DNA of 64,000 bases from the IMG/VR virus record IMGVR_UViG_3300020474_000007, positions 1 through 64,000 of that record. One strand, 5' to 3'. Position 1 is the stretch's first letter. Each line of letters begins with the position of its first letter. Of the stretch, positions 1-8,312 are shown one piece after another. The position numbers and the translations under genes are program-made. Origin of the DNA: a virus. The notes under the pieces were generated by a model, which worked only from the letters and a program-made list of their open reading frames with translations, was not told the origin of the DNA and did no database searches.

Positions 1-2
1 CG

Positions 3-278
3 TTTAATATTAGTACCATTACTGACGCAGGTACTGGAACTTATATAGTAAACTTCGATACAGCTTTTGCAAATGATACGTGGTCTATGGCTGGTGCTGG
101 TAGATTTGCTCTATACACAGGCGACAGTAATTCTCCACAAATAAATTTAGACAGAAAAGTAAATCGTAGTTCAGCTATAACAACTACTTATGCTAAAGTT
201 TGCGCTACTTACCATTATGGAAGCAGTATTAATCTTGCTGATCCTGAAGAAATGATGTTAATATTTTTCGGAGAATAA
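3..278 (+). CDS. Tail fibre-associated protein, C-terminal part (5'-truncated by window edge)
   Basis: The frame is open from base 3 (FNISTITDAGTGTYIVNFDTAFANDTWS...), upstream of the track's ATG at 87. It matches the 'N(V/I)SSI.D.G.G.Y.VNF' domain also seen in 1148..1804 and 4040..4993. Confidence 0.6.
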   Translation, partial: FNISTITDAGTGTYIVNFDTAFANDTWSMAGAGRFALYTGDSNSPQINLDRKVNRSSAITTTYAKVCATYHYGSSINLADPEEMMLIFFGE

Positions 279-287
279 GGAGAAAAA

Positions 288-536
288 ATGAAATTAATAA
301 TTTATCCAAATGATGATGGTGGGGTGGCAGTCATTCACCCATCGCCCAACACAAAATATACAACAGAGGAGATTGCTCTTAAGGATGTTCCTAAAGGCAA
401 ACCTTACAGAATCATTGAAGATCATGAAATTCCAATAGACAGGACTTTTCGCAACGCTTGGGAATCTGATTTCACTGAGCCTGAAGGTTTTGGTATAGGA
501 GCCGACGAGTTCTTTAGATTAGGCTACGGAGGATAA
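288..536 (+). CDS. Conserved small phage tail fibre assembly-like protein
   Basis: KDVP.G.PY.I...IP.DR.FRNAW motif, common next to fibre genes in aquatic phages; AAGGAG SD upstream. Confidence 0.55.
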   Translation: MKLIIYPNDDGGVAVIHPSPNTKYTTEEIALKDVPKGKPYRIIEDHEIPIDRTFRNAWESDFTEPEGFGIGADEFFRLGYGG

Positions 537-537
537 T

Positions 538-1146
538 ATGAATATAAATATTAACATGATAAAAGCTAAAGATATATGGAGAGACAAAATTCGTGCAGAC
601 AGACAGCCTTATTTTGAATCCTTAGATGTAGATTATTTAAAAGCTACAGAAGCTCAGAATGTTACGCTTAAAAGTCATATAGAAACAAAGAAGCAACAGC
701 TTCGTGATGCTCCAGAAGATTCTAGGATTGACGAAGCTGATACGCCAGAGTCGCTAAAATCAATAGATCCTGTAAGTGAAATTATGTATATAACAGAATT
801 AGATCAAGCTAAGTTAGATAAACTTACAGAGATAGATGAAGATTGGAAGGTAATACTTAATGCTGGCTTTGAAACACCAGAAGGATGGAGTCTTGGTATT
901 ACTACAGATGATGTAGCATTATTAAATGGAGCATACTCTCTTGCAAAAGAAGCCGCTGCTCTTGGTTCTACAGACCCTGTAACTATCTTAGATACTAATG
1001 GTGAGCCTCACTCGTTGAGTGTGGCTGAAATGACACCAATTATGTTGGCGTATGGTGCTGCAAGAGCTTCGCTAAGTGGAGCAGATGCGGCTAGAAGAAA
1101 ACTGGTTAAAGACGCAACGACTGTAGAAGAACTAGCGGAGATATAA
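538..1146 (+). CDS. Tail fibre assembly/chaperone-like protein with DUF4376-like C-terminal domain
   Basis: N-terminal 'KAK..WRDKIR..R.P....LDV....KQQLRDAP' helical motif; C-terminal 'ILDTNGEPHSLSVAEM' resembles DUF4376; fibre gene context. Confidence 0.5.
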   Translation: MNININMIKAKDIWRDKIRADRQPYFESLDVDYLKATEAQNVTLKSHIETKKQQLRDAPEDSRIDEADTPESLKSIDPVSEIMYITELDQAKLDKLTEIDEDWKVILNAGFETPEGWSLGITTDDVALLNGAYSLAKEAAALGSTDPVTILDTNGEPHSLSVAEMTPIMLAYGAARASLSGADAARRKLVKDATTVEELAEI

Positions 1147-1147
1147 C

Positions 1148-1804
1148 ATGAGTGTAGCCAGAGACATAAGCAGACAAACATCGAGACAAACTGTAACTCT
1201 AACAGCAAGTCAAACAGCTGTCACTGTTACTGGTGGATTTACCAGCTCTACTGTTGAGGTTTACCTTAATGGAGTTAAACTTGTTCAAGGTCAAGACTAC
1301 TCACTAAATGGAACTAGTGGTATAACATTATCGCAGGGTGCTAGTGCTGGAGATATTATTGAGTTTGCAATTCGTAATAGCTCCAATTCTGGATTTAGCG
1401 CAGCTGATACTGGTCAGATTGTAGGCGGGGCTGTAACTTTCAATAAGCTATCGAACAGTGCAACTGAAGGTGATAACGCTAGATTAAGAGTAGCAAAAGT
1501 TTTTGGATCTGTTGATCTAAACGCAGGCGTTGGGGGAATTCCCGCTAAACTTGGAACAAATCTAAATGTTAGCAGTATTGATGATGCTAATCGTGGTACT
1601 TGTACCGTTAATTTTGAAACCCCTATGTCAGATGCTAATTATACAGTTGTGTGTTCACCTAGAGAAATTGATGGAGTAACTAACACATGGACAGCCGTTA
1701 CTAGGAACCATACAACTAGTTCCTTTTATTTAGTAGTAACAAAATACAACAATGCAGTATCTGACCTACAAGCAAGTTTTGTTGTCTTCGGAGAATTATC
1801 ATGA
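1148..1804 (+). CDS. Tail fibre/baseplate-associated structural protein
   Basis: N-terminal 'VEVYLNGVKL..G.DY' beta-sandwich repeat; C-terminal 'AKVF...NVSSIDD..RGT.TVNF..PM.DANY' domain. Confidence 0.6.
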   Translation: MSVARDISRQTSRQTVTLTASQTAVTVTGGFTSSTVEVYLNGVKLVQGQDYSLNGTSGITLSQGASAGDIIEFAIRNSSNSGFSAADTGQIVGGAVTFNKLSNSATEGDNARLRVAKVFGSVDLNAGVGGIPAKLGTNLNVSSIDDANRGTCTVNFETPMSDANYTVVCSPREIDGVTNTWTAVTRNHTTSSFYLVVTKYNNAVSDLQASFVVFGELS

Positions 1805-2298
1805 CAAAAACACACAACAATGCAACGCTATCGTCTTCGCTTACTGGAGCTGTAGCATTTTTTCCTCTATCGAGTGCGCCTATTGGCTGGATCAAGGCTG
1901 ATGGTTCTGCTATATCTAGAACAACTTACTCAGAATTATTTACTGTAATTGGCACAGATCATGGCACTGGCGATGGTAGTACAACATTTAATGTTCCAGA
2001 CCTGCGTGGTGAATTCTTAAGGTGTTGGGATGATGGCAAGGTGGTAGATTCTGGCAGAGCAATCAATACATCTCAGTCAGAAGATTGGAAAGCTTTTTAC
2101 CAGACTAACACCGGAATAAATACACATTCCTATGATCACACACATGTATATATGGGTAAAACTTTATACCCAAATTATACTGGTAATATGTTCACGGGAG
2201 GCTGGGCGGCTCCAGCGGCAGCAGTTGGTACAGCGTGGGACGATGAAGGAGAAATTAGACCAAGAAACGTAGCTTTATTAGCTTGTATTAAAACATAA
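1801..2298 (+). CDS. Phage tail collar domain protein
   Basis: Canonical collar motif GAVAFF...APIGWIKADGSAISRTTYSELFTVIGT..GTGDGSTTFNVPDLRGEFLR; C-terminal E.RPRNVALLACIK; ATGA overlap with the upstream gene. Confidence 0.9.
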   Translation: MTKTHNNATLSSSLTGAVAFFPLSSAPIGWIKADGSAISRTTYSELFTVIGTDHGTGDGSTTFNVPDLRGEFLRCWDDGKVVDSGRAINTSQSEDWKAFYQTNTGINTHSYDHTHVYMGKTLYPNYTGNMFTGGWAAPAAAVGTAWDDEGEIRPRNVALLACIKT

Positions 2299-2309
2299 AG
2301 GGGAACAAT

Positions 2310-2654
2310 ATGTCAGATTTTTTACCAGTATTAAATGCAGCAGACCCAACCGTGGTTCCTGCAAAAACTTATGACAGGGTTTGGATAGAATCAGTGATAA
2401 TTAAAGCTCCAGACCCTAACGGAGAAGTTCGCGGAGAAGTAAAAATGCATAAATATGGAATGTTTGATAAATTAGACGAGGTTGGAAATACAATTAGTGT
2501 AGCTGAGCTAGATCCAACCGGAGGTAAATGGTTGATGATAGATAATATGCTAGAAGAAGCCTCTGAAGATAATGATCTCCAAATGGCTTTTGGCGCTCTT
2601 TTGGGTTATGTAGCTAAACTAGGCGTAGAAAACAATGTTATCAGCGCAGGGTAA
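2310..2654 (+). CDS. Hypothetical protein
   Basis: 114-aa ORF with AAGGGG SD, in the tail module. Confidence 0.6.
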   Translation: MSDFLPVLNAADPTVVPAKTYDRVWIESVIIKAPDPNGEVRGEVKMHKYGMFDKLDEVGNTISVAELDPTGGKWLMIDNMLEEASEDNDLQMAFGALLGYVAKLGVENNVISAG

Positions 2655-2664
2655 TAGTTATTTA

Positions 2665-2680
2665 GTGTATAAATAGTTAG
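2665..2680 (+). promoter_or_regulatory. GTGTATA-N6-TAG motif, candidate late promoter (copy 1)
   Basis: GTGTATAAATAGTTAG, intergenic, 18 nt before the ATG at 2698; the motif recurs five times on the + strand. Confidence 0.6.
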
Positions 2681-2697
2681 ATCGGAAAGAGGAAAAC

Positions 2698-2967
2698 ATG
2701 GCTATTTTTTCAATAGAAATCGCTGACCAAGATGTTGGTAGGGTCATAGAGGCATTATGCCAAAATTATGGATACCTTGAAAATATTCAAGACCCCCAAG
2801 ATTTGGCAAAGACAATAACAAACCCTGAAATACCTAGTGCTTTTGCTAATAGGATGGTGAGAAGATTCCTAACAGAACATGTTACAAAGTATGAGGTAGA
2901 CAAAGCAACAAAAGCTGCAATAGATAGTATTAATTCAAACCCTGAAATAAATGATCCACAGTTATAA
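2698..2967 (+). CDS. Hypothetical protein
   Basis: 89-aa ORF with GAGGA SD, directly after the motif. Confidence 0.65.
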   Translation: MAIFSIEIADQDVGRVIEALCQNYGYLENIQDPQDLAKTITNPEIPSAFANRMVRRFLTEHVTKYEVDKATKAAIDSINSNPEINDPQL

Positions 2968-3137
2968 TGTTTGGAATTAGTCACTTACCATTTTCGACAT
3001 CGATAACAAAGTTCGTTAACGGCTTTGAGGAAGGTATTATATTATTCGTTAATAGGACTGATTCATTTTCATTATGTAACACAACTGTAATTACTATAAC
3101 TTTAACTATAGAGCAAGATAAAGTCTTAGAACTATGA
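2967..3137 (+). CDS. Small hypothetical protein (56 aa, not in ORF track)
   Basis: MFGISHLPFSTS...TVITITLTIEQDKVLEL*; TAATG coupling with the upstream stop; fills the gap on the coding strand. Confidence 0.55.
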   Translation: MFGISHLPFSTSITKFVNGFEEGIILFVNRTDSFSLCNTTVITITLTIEQDKVLEL

Positions 3138-3196
3138 ACACCGTAGAAATAACACTTCACATCCTTAAGCATTTAGATATAGTACTAAAGAGGTAA
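3134..3196 (+). CDS. Possible 20-aa mini-ORF
   Basis: MNTVEITLHILKHLDIVLKR*; ATGA overlap with the previous stop; ends 1 nt before the next ATG. Confidence 0.3.
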   Translation: MNTVEITLHILKHLDIVLKR

Positions 3197-3197
3197 T

Positions 3198-3503
3198 ATG
3201 GCAAGCGAAATTCATGTAAACGACGTAGGGACCAAGTTCCTTATTACAATCAAAGAGGATGCTACTATTGTAGACATCTCCTCTGCTACCACATTAAGTA
3301 TTTTTATTAAAAAGCCAAACGATACAGTCTTGGCTAGAACAGGCACTTTACACACAGATGGCACTGATGGCAAAATGTATTATGACATTGCCGCAGGAGA
3401 TCTAGACGAAGCGGGGCAGTATAAACTACAGGGACGGGTTTCTATAGGTACAAGCACTTATTACACAGATGTCTATCATTTTAGAGTTCACTGCAACATA
3501 TAG
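3198..3503 (+). CDS. BppU-N-like Ig-fold structural protein
   Basis: 'ND.GT.F.ITI.....VDIS.AT.....KKP....DG..GK..Y....GDLDEAG.Y..Q..V' pattern of baseplate upper protein N-terminal domains. Confidence 0.6.
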   Translation: MASEIHVNDVGTKFLITIKEDATIVDISSATTLSIFIKKPNDTVLARTGTLHTDGTDGKMYYDIAAGDLDEAGQYKLQGRVSIGTSTYYTDVYHFRVHCNI

Positions 3504-3512
3504 GAAAATATT

Positions 3513-4028
3513 ATGTCTTGGCAAGGTCAAATTTCAACTATGGTTCGTCACATGATAAATGACGTAGATTCTGCGACATATAAGTACGCAGATAAAAGAC
3601 TTGAAACAGCAATATTAGTGTCTGCGCAGCTAGTAACCTTAGATATTGATCTAAATAATAATTATGATATTAATGTAGAGCAATGTCATCTTTCACCAGA
3701 TCCTACTGACACAGAAACAAAAGACAATGCATTTATTAATCTTGTAGCGGTAAAAACATCGTGTATTATTATAGGAAGCGAAGTTCGTAGTGAAGCTTCT
3801 AATGCAATTTCAATCAAAGATGGTCCATCAGCTATAGATCTCAGAGGCGTGGCGGGAACGCTTTCTGTCTTATACTCTAGCCTGTGTGACAAATACGAAA
3901 AACTTGTTATGGATTACGCGGCTGGTGTTGCTGGTCATGCAATACTTGGCCCATATAGCCCCGGTAGCGACTTCATTCAAAGAAATTATAATGACCGTGA
4001 TTTCAGGGGTGGATATTTTAGACACTAA
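3513..4028 (+). CDS. Putative head-tail adaptor/connector
   Basis: N-terminal 'VR.MI.D.....Y.Y.D..L' and mid 'SIKDG...ID' resemble SPP1 gp15/HK97 gp6-like adaptors; size about 170 aa. Confidence 0.5.
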   Translation: MSWQGQISTMVRHMINDVDSATYKYADKRLETAILVSAQLVTLDIDLNNNYDINVEQCHLSPDPTDTETKDNAFINLVAVKTSCIIIGSEVRSEASNAISIKDGPSAIDLRGVAGTLSVLYSSLCDKYEKLVMDYAAGVAGHAILGPYSPGSDFIQRNYNDRDFRGGYFRH

Positions 4029-4039
4029 AGGAGAAAACA

Positions 4040-4993
4040 ATGACAGCAAGAGCAAGCTCTACTTTAAAAAGTAACATTAATACTGACATCGCGGATAATA
4101 ACGCTGGAGACATTACAGCTCAAGATGTTAGAACTAATTTGGTTGACATAGTAGATTCAGTAAAAAATATAATGACTACTGAGTTATTAAGCACTGAATA
4201 TTTTCAAACAGATGTATACATTGGTAATGTAGCTGCTCAGAACGAGTCCAAATTGCATGTTACATATGGCATTCAATTTTCTGGAGGCAGTATACAAACA
4301 GAAGCTTATCCCGGCCCCGGATCTATAGATCACGGTCAACTTGATGCAGGATCTTTAGGAGATGATGACCACCCACAATACTTCCCAGTTAATGCTTCTA
4401 GGGCTATCACTGGCGATGTTAATATTAACAATCAATGGATTAGCAGTAGTGGGACTACAAATAGAGGCATGAAGTTTGTACAAGACGCTTCTCAGAATGA
4501 AGAGATTACTCTAGGTAATAATACTAGTTTTAGATTCTCCAACGGTTCAGAGCTAAGCTCTGCGATGGGAGTTGCTAAAGCTTGGATTAATTTCTCAGCT
4601 TCTGGAGCTGCTGATCCCGTTACTGTAAACTCTGCTTATAACATCGCTTCAATCAGCAGAGATAGTTCTTCTGCTGGTAAGTTTACGATTGCCTTTAAAG
4701 ATGAAACTTTTAAAGACACTCATTACGTAGCAATAGCTAACAGTAATGGCAGAAACGATGGAGACACGGCTGACGACTTTAGTATTAACACTGTTGGGAT
4801 GGTTATCCGCAACGGTGCTGGAACTAGTCTTGATCCCCATAAAATTAGCTACAGGGTAATGTCTTCTGATTCTCTGGACACCTCTGGTAGCACTCCCGGT
4901 TTTGTAGACGCTCCTATAAATAATTTAGTTGTATTTGGTTTAGGGTCTGGAGTAACTGGAGATAATATAGCATCAGTTACAGTCAATAATTAA
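4040..4993 (+). CDS. Fibre-like structural protein
   Basis: N-terminal 'ADN..GDI.A.DVR..L.DIVDS' anchor motif, 'H..L...LGDDDHPQY' fibre motif, C-terminal AKAWINF domain. Confidence 0.6.
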   Translation: MTARASSTLKSNINTDIADNNAGDITAQDVRTNLVDIVDSVKNIMTTELLSTEYFQTDVYIGNVAAQNESKLHVTYGIQFSGGSIQTEAYPGPGSIDHGQLDAGSLGDDDHPQYFPVNASRAITGDVNINNQWISSSGTTNRGMKFVQDASQNEEITLGNNTSFRFSNGSELSSAMGVAKAWINFSASGAADPVTVNSAYNIASISRDSSSAGKFTIAFKDETFKDTHYVAIANSNGRNDGDTADDFSINTVGMVIRNGAGTSLDPHKISYRVMSSDSLDTSGSTPGFVDAPINNLVVFGLGSGVTGDNIASVTVNN

Positions 4994-5023
4994 TATTACA
5001 ATTTCTCACGCTAAGGACAAGAC

Positions 5024-8000
5024 ATGTCTAATCATCCAAAGTTATTTGATAGAATCAAACAAATTAGTGATTCTACTGGTACTGGCTCATTAACCTTAAA
5101 TAGTGCGTCTGTGGGTTTTGGCACTTTTGCTAGTGCCTATGCAGATGGCGAAAAACTTTTCTACGCAATCACTGATGGGTCTAACTACGAGATTGGCTCA
5201 GGTATTTTTCATAGTGGCGTTAGTGCTATGTCTGCTACTCTAGAAAGAGGGGCAATAGTAAGTACTAATAATAATAGTAATGTTAATTTTCTATCTGGCA
5301 AAAAAGAAGTTTATGTAACTTATCCAGCTACACATTCAGTTTTTATGGGTTCTGGTCTTGCTGGTCACGAATTGCCAAAAGAAAGTGGCTTGGCTTTTTG
5401 GAAATCTTCTCATATTCTCAGCTATGATTCTAATATTATATGGAACGATGCTTTAAATACACTTGGTATTAGAACCAATAATCCCACACACGCTTTAGAT
5501 GTTGGAGGCAATGGCGGTCAACAGTCTATGATTCGTGCTTCTGGTTATGTGGTTGGTCCTACTGGAATACATTTCCCAGCAAACAACGGTGGAGACTCCA
5601 GCTATGTTGGTGGAATACAGTATAAACATTTTCTACCCAACAAGCTTGGTGATTCAAATATTAAATCCATCTTCAACATAAGTGGCGTTGTAGATGAAAT
5701 ATTAGGATTAAAAGATCAAAATAAAGGCACTTTTTTCTCTGGTCCACCTAGTGGCTGTACTGGCAGTTGCTCTCCTGCTTTGCCAAGCTTTAGACACATC
5801 ACTATGGAAGATCTTCCGCAATCTGTAATCGATTCTAGCGTTGGCGTGGATTCTCTTAAAAATACATTAAAAGTAAGTGTTCAGGATGGAAAATACAGTG
5901 TTAGTGGAGTAGGTCTAAGTGGTCAGTTAAATCCAGACATACAACTACAAAAAGGTCTCACCTATTACTTCGATGTTAATGCTATTGGGCATCCCTTTTG
6001 GATTAAAACTTCTGGTTCTATCGGAACTGAAGCTGCTTATAATAATGGCGTTTTATCAAACAATAACGGGCTGACTAATGGAACTTTAAAATTTGAAGTC
6101 CCCCATGACTCTCCTCCTATTTTGCATTATAATTGTCAGTATCATTCTGGAATGTCTGGAATTATATATACAACTTCTATAGACTCTCAGCTTCATCATC
6201 ACACCAGTGATGCTTCATTCCCACCAAAGCTAGAGAATAAACGTTTAGGTTCAGTATATTATACAGATGATAATATTTATGCTTATACAAGTGAAGGTTG
6301 GAAGTTTGCTGAATTAAATGTTATGGAATCTCAAACGCCAGCTCCACCCTCCGAACTAAGTCAAGGTGGAAGTTCTGTAGCCGATATTGCTCAATCTGTC
6401 TTTTTAGACAGCGCTGGCGCTAGCGTTAGATATAAGCCTTCTTTAATTAAAACTTTGTCCGCTTCTGGAACAGTTCTTGAGATAGATGTTTCTGGAATAT
6501 CTAACCCCTCCGGCATTACTATACAAGCTCAAAAAGCAGACACTAGTGGTAATTTTACAATCCCAGCAAGCTCTATTGGGACCATACCGAGTGGCTCTTC
6601 TTTAACAAAGTTCTCTACTACTCTTCCGCTTATAGCTGGAGTATTCGCAAGTGGTGATACTGTAAGATATAGAGCTGTACCTACACACCAAATAGCGCTA
6701 TCGTCAACAAATCATGCTTTTACAGTTCCTGCTAATAACAACCCAGATTTTTCAATCGGTATTTATCACGGAGGAAATCAAGCCTTCTCTGGGGTATACA
6801 CAGCTGACAATCTTGGCTTTGCTTATGGTTCTAATTTAAAAGACAACAGGTTGGTGGTAGAATATGAAGGCAACCTGCCTATGCTTAGTCCTGTTGACCG
6901 ACGTAATTTTCATAGCTTTCAAAGACTTGATGCTTCAACGAACATGAATGATGTTCATCAACTTGAATGCTCACAGAATGGTACTTTGTTTGCAATAAAT
7001 GCAGAAGGTGAGATGTATGCTTGGGGTAATAATCGCTACGGTCAATGCGCTAACGGAGCCACTAGCCAAGAATTTCAATCTTTCCCTAGACAAATAGTTA
7101 CTGTCTCAGACAACTCTGGAAATCCATATCGTTGGAAGAAAGTTCAGGCTGGCGATGATTATATCATAGCATTAACAACTGGTGGATTAGTTTTTCATTG
7201 GGGTAAATTGCCTGACGATACTAATAGCTTTTCTACCAGAACAGTTTTAACGCGACCAACACTATTGTCTAGTACGCAATTTGATCAGATTTCATTATTC
7301 AACAAAACGGCGGCGGCTGTGGATACTAATGGAAGTCTGTTTTTATGGGGACATACTCATCCCGCTTTTTGGCCCACACACCGAGTAGGTAATTTCTTCC
7401 GTGGTTTCCTAAATACTCAGTCAACAATGACACCGACGAATATACCTACAACGTTAACTAATGGTGGAAATGTTACCGTTGCTGATGTAAAGATTGGTAT
7501 GGATCATATATTAGTTAGAGATGGCAACAATTTGTATGGATGGGGATCTAACAGCGAGCTACAATTGCAAACGAGCCAAAATCTTGATGATGCAAATGAG
7601 ACAATCGATTTGCAAGAAATTGCTACAGATTGCGCTACTGGTCCCAACAGTTTCGTTGCTGGGGATTCAGCCACTATATATGCATCTACCGGAGGGGGTA
7701 TGTATGGTAGAGGAAAATATTTAGATTCTACACAAGATGCTACTGATTCTATGCAAAAAATTTATACTGTAAATGGTACTGTAGATCAGATATTCGCAAG
7801 TAAAGTAAGTGACAGTCAGTTTAACACCTTTGTTGCACTGCAAGGCAGACAGTGCTATGTTTGGGGTCATAATTGTGGATTCATGTCGTACAACAAAGAT
7901 TCAGTTAGGGGCAAAAAAGAAATACAAAATGCTCTGGATGGAGAAACTGAATCAGAATATTATCTATACGACTTAAGAATTTCTAACCCAATGTACGTGG

Positions 8001-8299
8001 GTGAGTTTTTGACAAATTTTGACAGCACGTATAAAGATAACGCAGTAGCCATGAATAGGTACAATTTTATGTTAGCTGCTAGAAAAATTCAATATTCGGT
8101 TTACCAAAATGGAAGTCGCGCAAACGAGTTGGAGAAAAATATGCGATCTCCACAAATTTATGCCAAAGATACCAATCTGATTACTGGTGACAACACATTC
8201 TCAAATCCTGCTTTCCTTAATTGGGGTCTGCTATTTTGTGCTACATCTGGCACTAATACGAGCAGCAGCATGGATTGGGGTAGGTTTAGACATATTTAA
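5024..8299 (+). CDS. Tail fibre/structural protein with cupredoxin-like domain and RCC1-like repeats
   Basis: N-terminal 'DRIKQ...TGTGSLTL' phage tail motif; GHPF...YNCQYHSGM type-1 copper-like ligand set; C-terminal RCC1-like repeats (GEMYAWGNNRYGQ, LYGWGSNSELQL). Confidence 0.7.
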   Translation: MSNHPKLFDRIKQISDSTGTGSLTLNSASVGFGTFASAYADGEKLFYAITDGSNYEIGSGIFHSGVSAMSATLERGAIVSTNNNSNVNFLSGKKEVYVTYPATHSVFMGSGLAGHELPKESGLAFWKSSHILSYDSNIIWNDALNTLGIRTNNPTHALDVGGNGGQQSMIRASGYVVGPTGIHFPANNGGDSSYVGGIQYKHFLPNKLGDSNIKSIFNISGVVDEILGLKDQNKGTFFSGPPSGCTGSCSPALPSFRHITMEDLPQSVIDSSVGVDSLKNTLKVSVQDGKYSVSGVGLSGQLNPDIQLQKGLTYYFDVNAIGHPFWIKTSGSIGTEAAYNNGVLSNNNGLTNGTLKFEVPHDSPPILHYNCQYHSGMSGIIYTTSIDSQLHHHTSDASFPPKLENKRLGSVYYTDDNIYAYTSEGWKFAELNVMESQTPAPPSELSQGGSSVADIAQSVFLDSAGASVRYKPSLIKTLSASGTVLEIDVSGISNPSGITIQAQKADTSGNFTIPASSIGTIPSGSSLTKFSTTLPLIAGVFASGDTVRYRAVPTHQIALSSTNHAFTVPANNNPDFSIGIYHGGNQAFSGVYTADNLGFAYGSNLKDNRLVVEYEGNLPMLSPVDRRNFHSFQRLDASTNMNDVHQLECSQNGTLFAINAEGEMYAWGNNRYGQCANGATSQEFQSFPRQIVTVSDNSGNPYRWKKVQAGDDYIIALTTGGLVFHWGKLPDDTNSFSTRTVLTRPTLLSSTQFDQISLFNKTAAAVDTNGSLFLWGHTHPAFWPTHRVGNFFRGFLNTQSTMTPTNIPTTLTNGGNVTVADVKIGMDHILVRDGNNLYGWGSNSELQLQTSQNLDDANETIDLQEIATDCATGPNSFVAGDSATIYASTGGGMYGRGKYLDSTQDATDSMQKIYTVNGTVDQIFASKVSDSQFNTFVALQGRQCYVWGHNCGFMSYNKDSVRGKKEIQNALDGETESEYYLYDLRISNPMYVGEFLTNFDSTYKDNAVAMNRYNFMLAARKIQYSVYQNGSRANELEKNMRSPQIYAKDTNLITGDNTFSNPAFLNWGLLFCATSGTNTSSSMDWGRFRHI

Positions 8300-8312
8300 T
8301 ATAGGAGAAAAG

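Noticed and set aside
3761-3776. GTGTATTATTATAGG near-match to the promoter motif
   Set aside because: Mismatch at position 7 and spacing off by one; intragenic; not counted.
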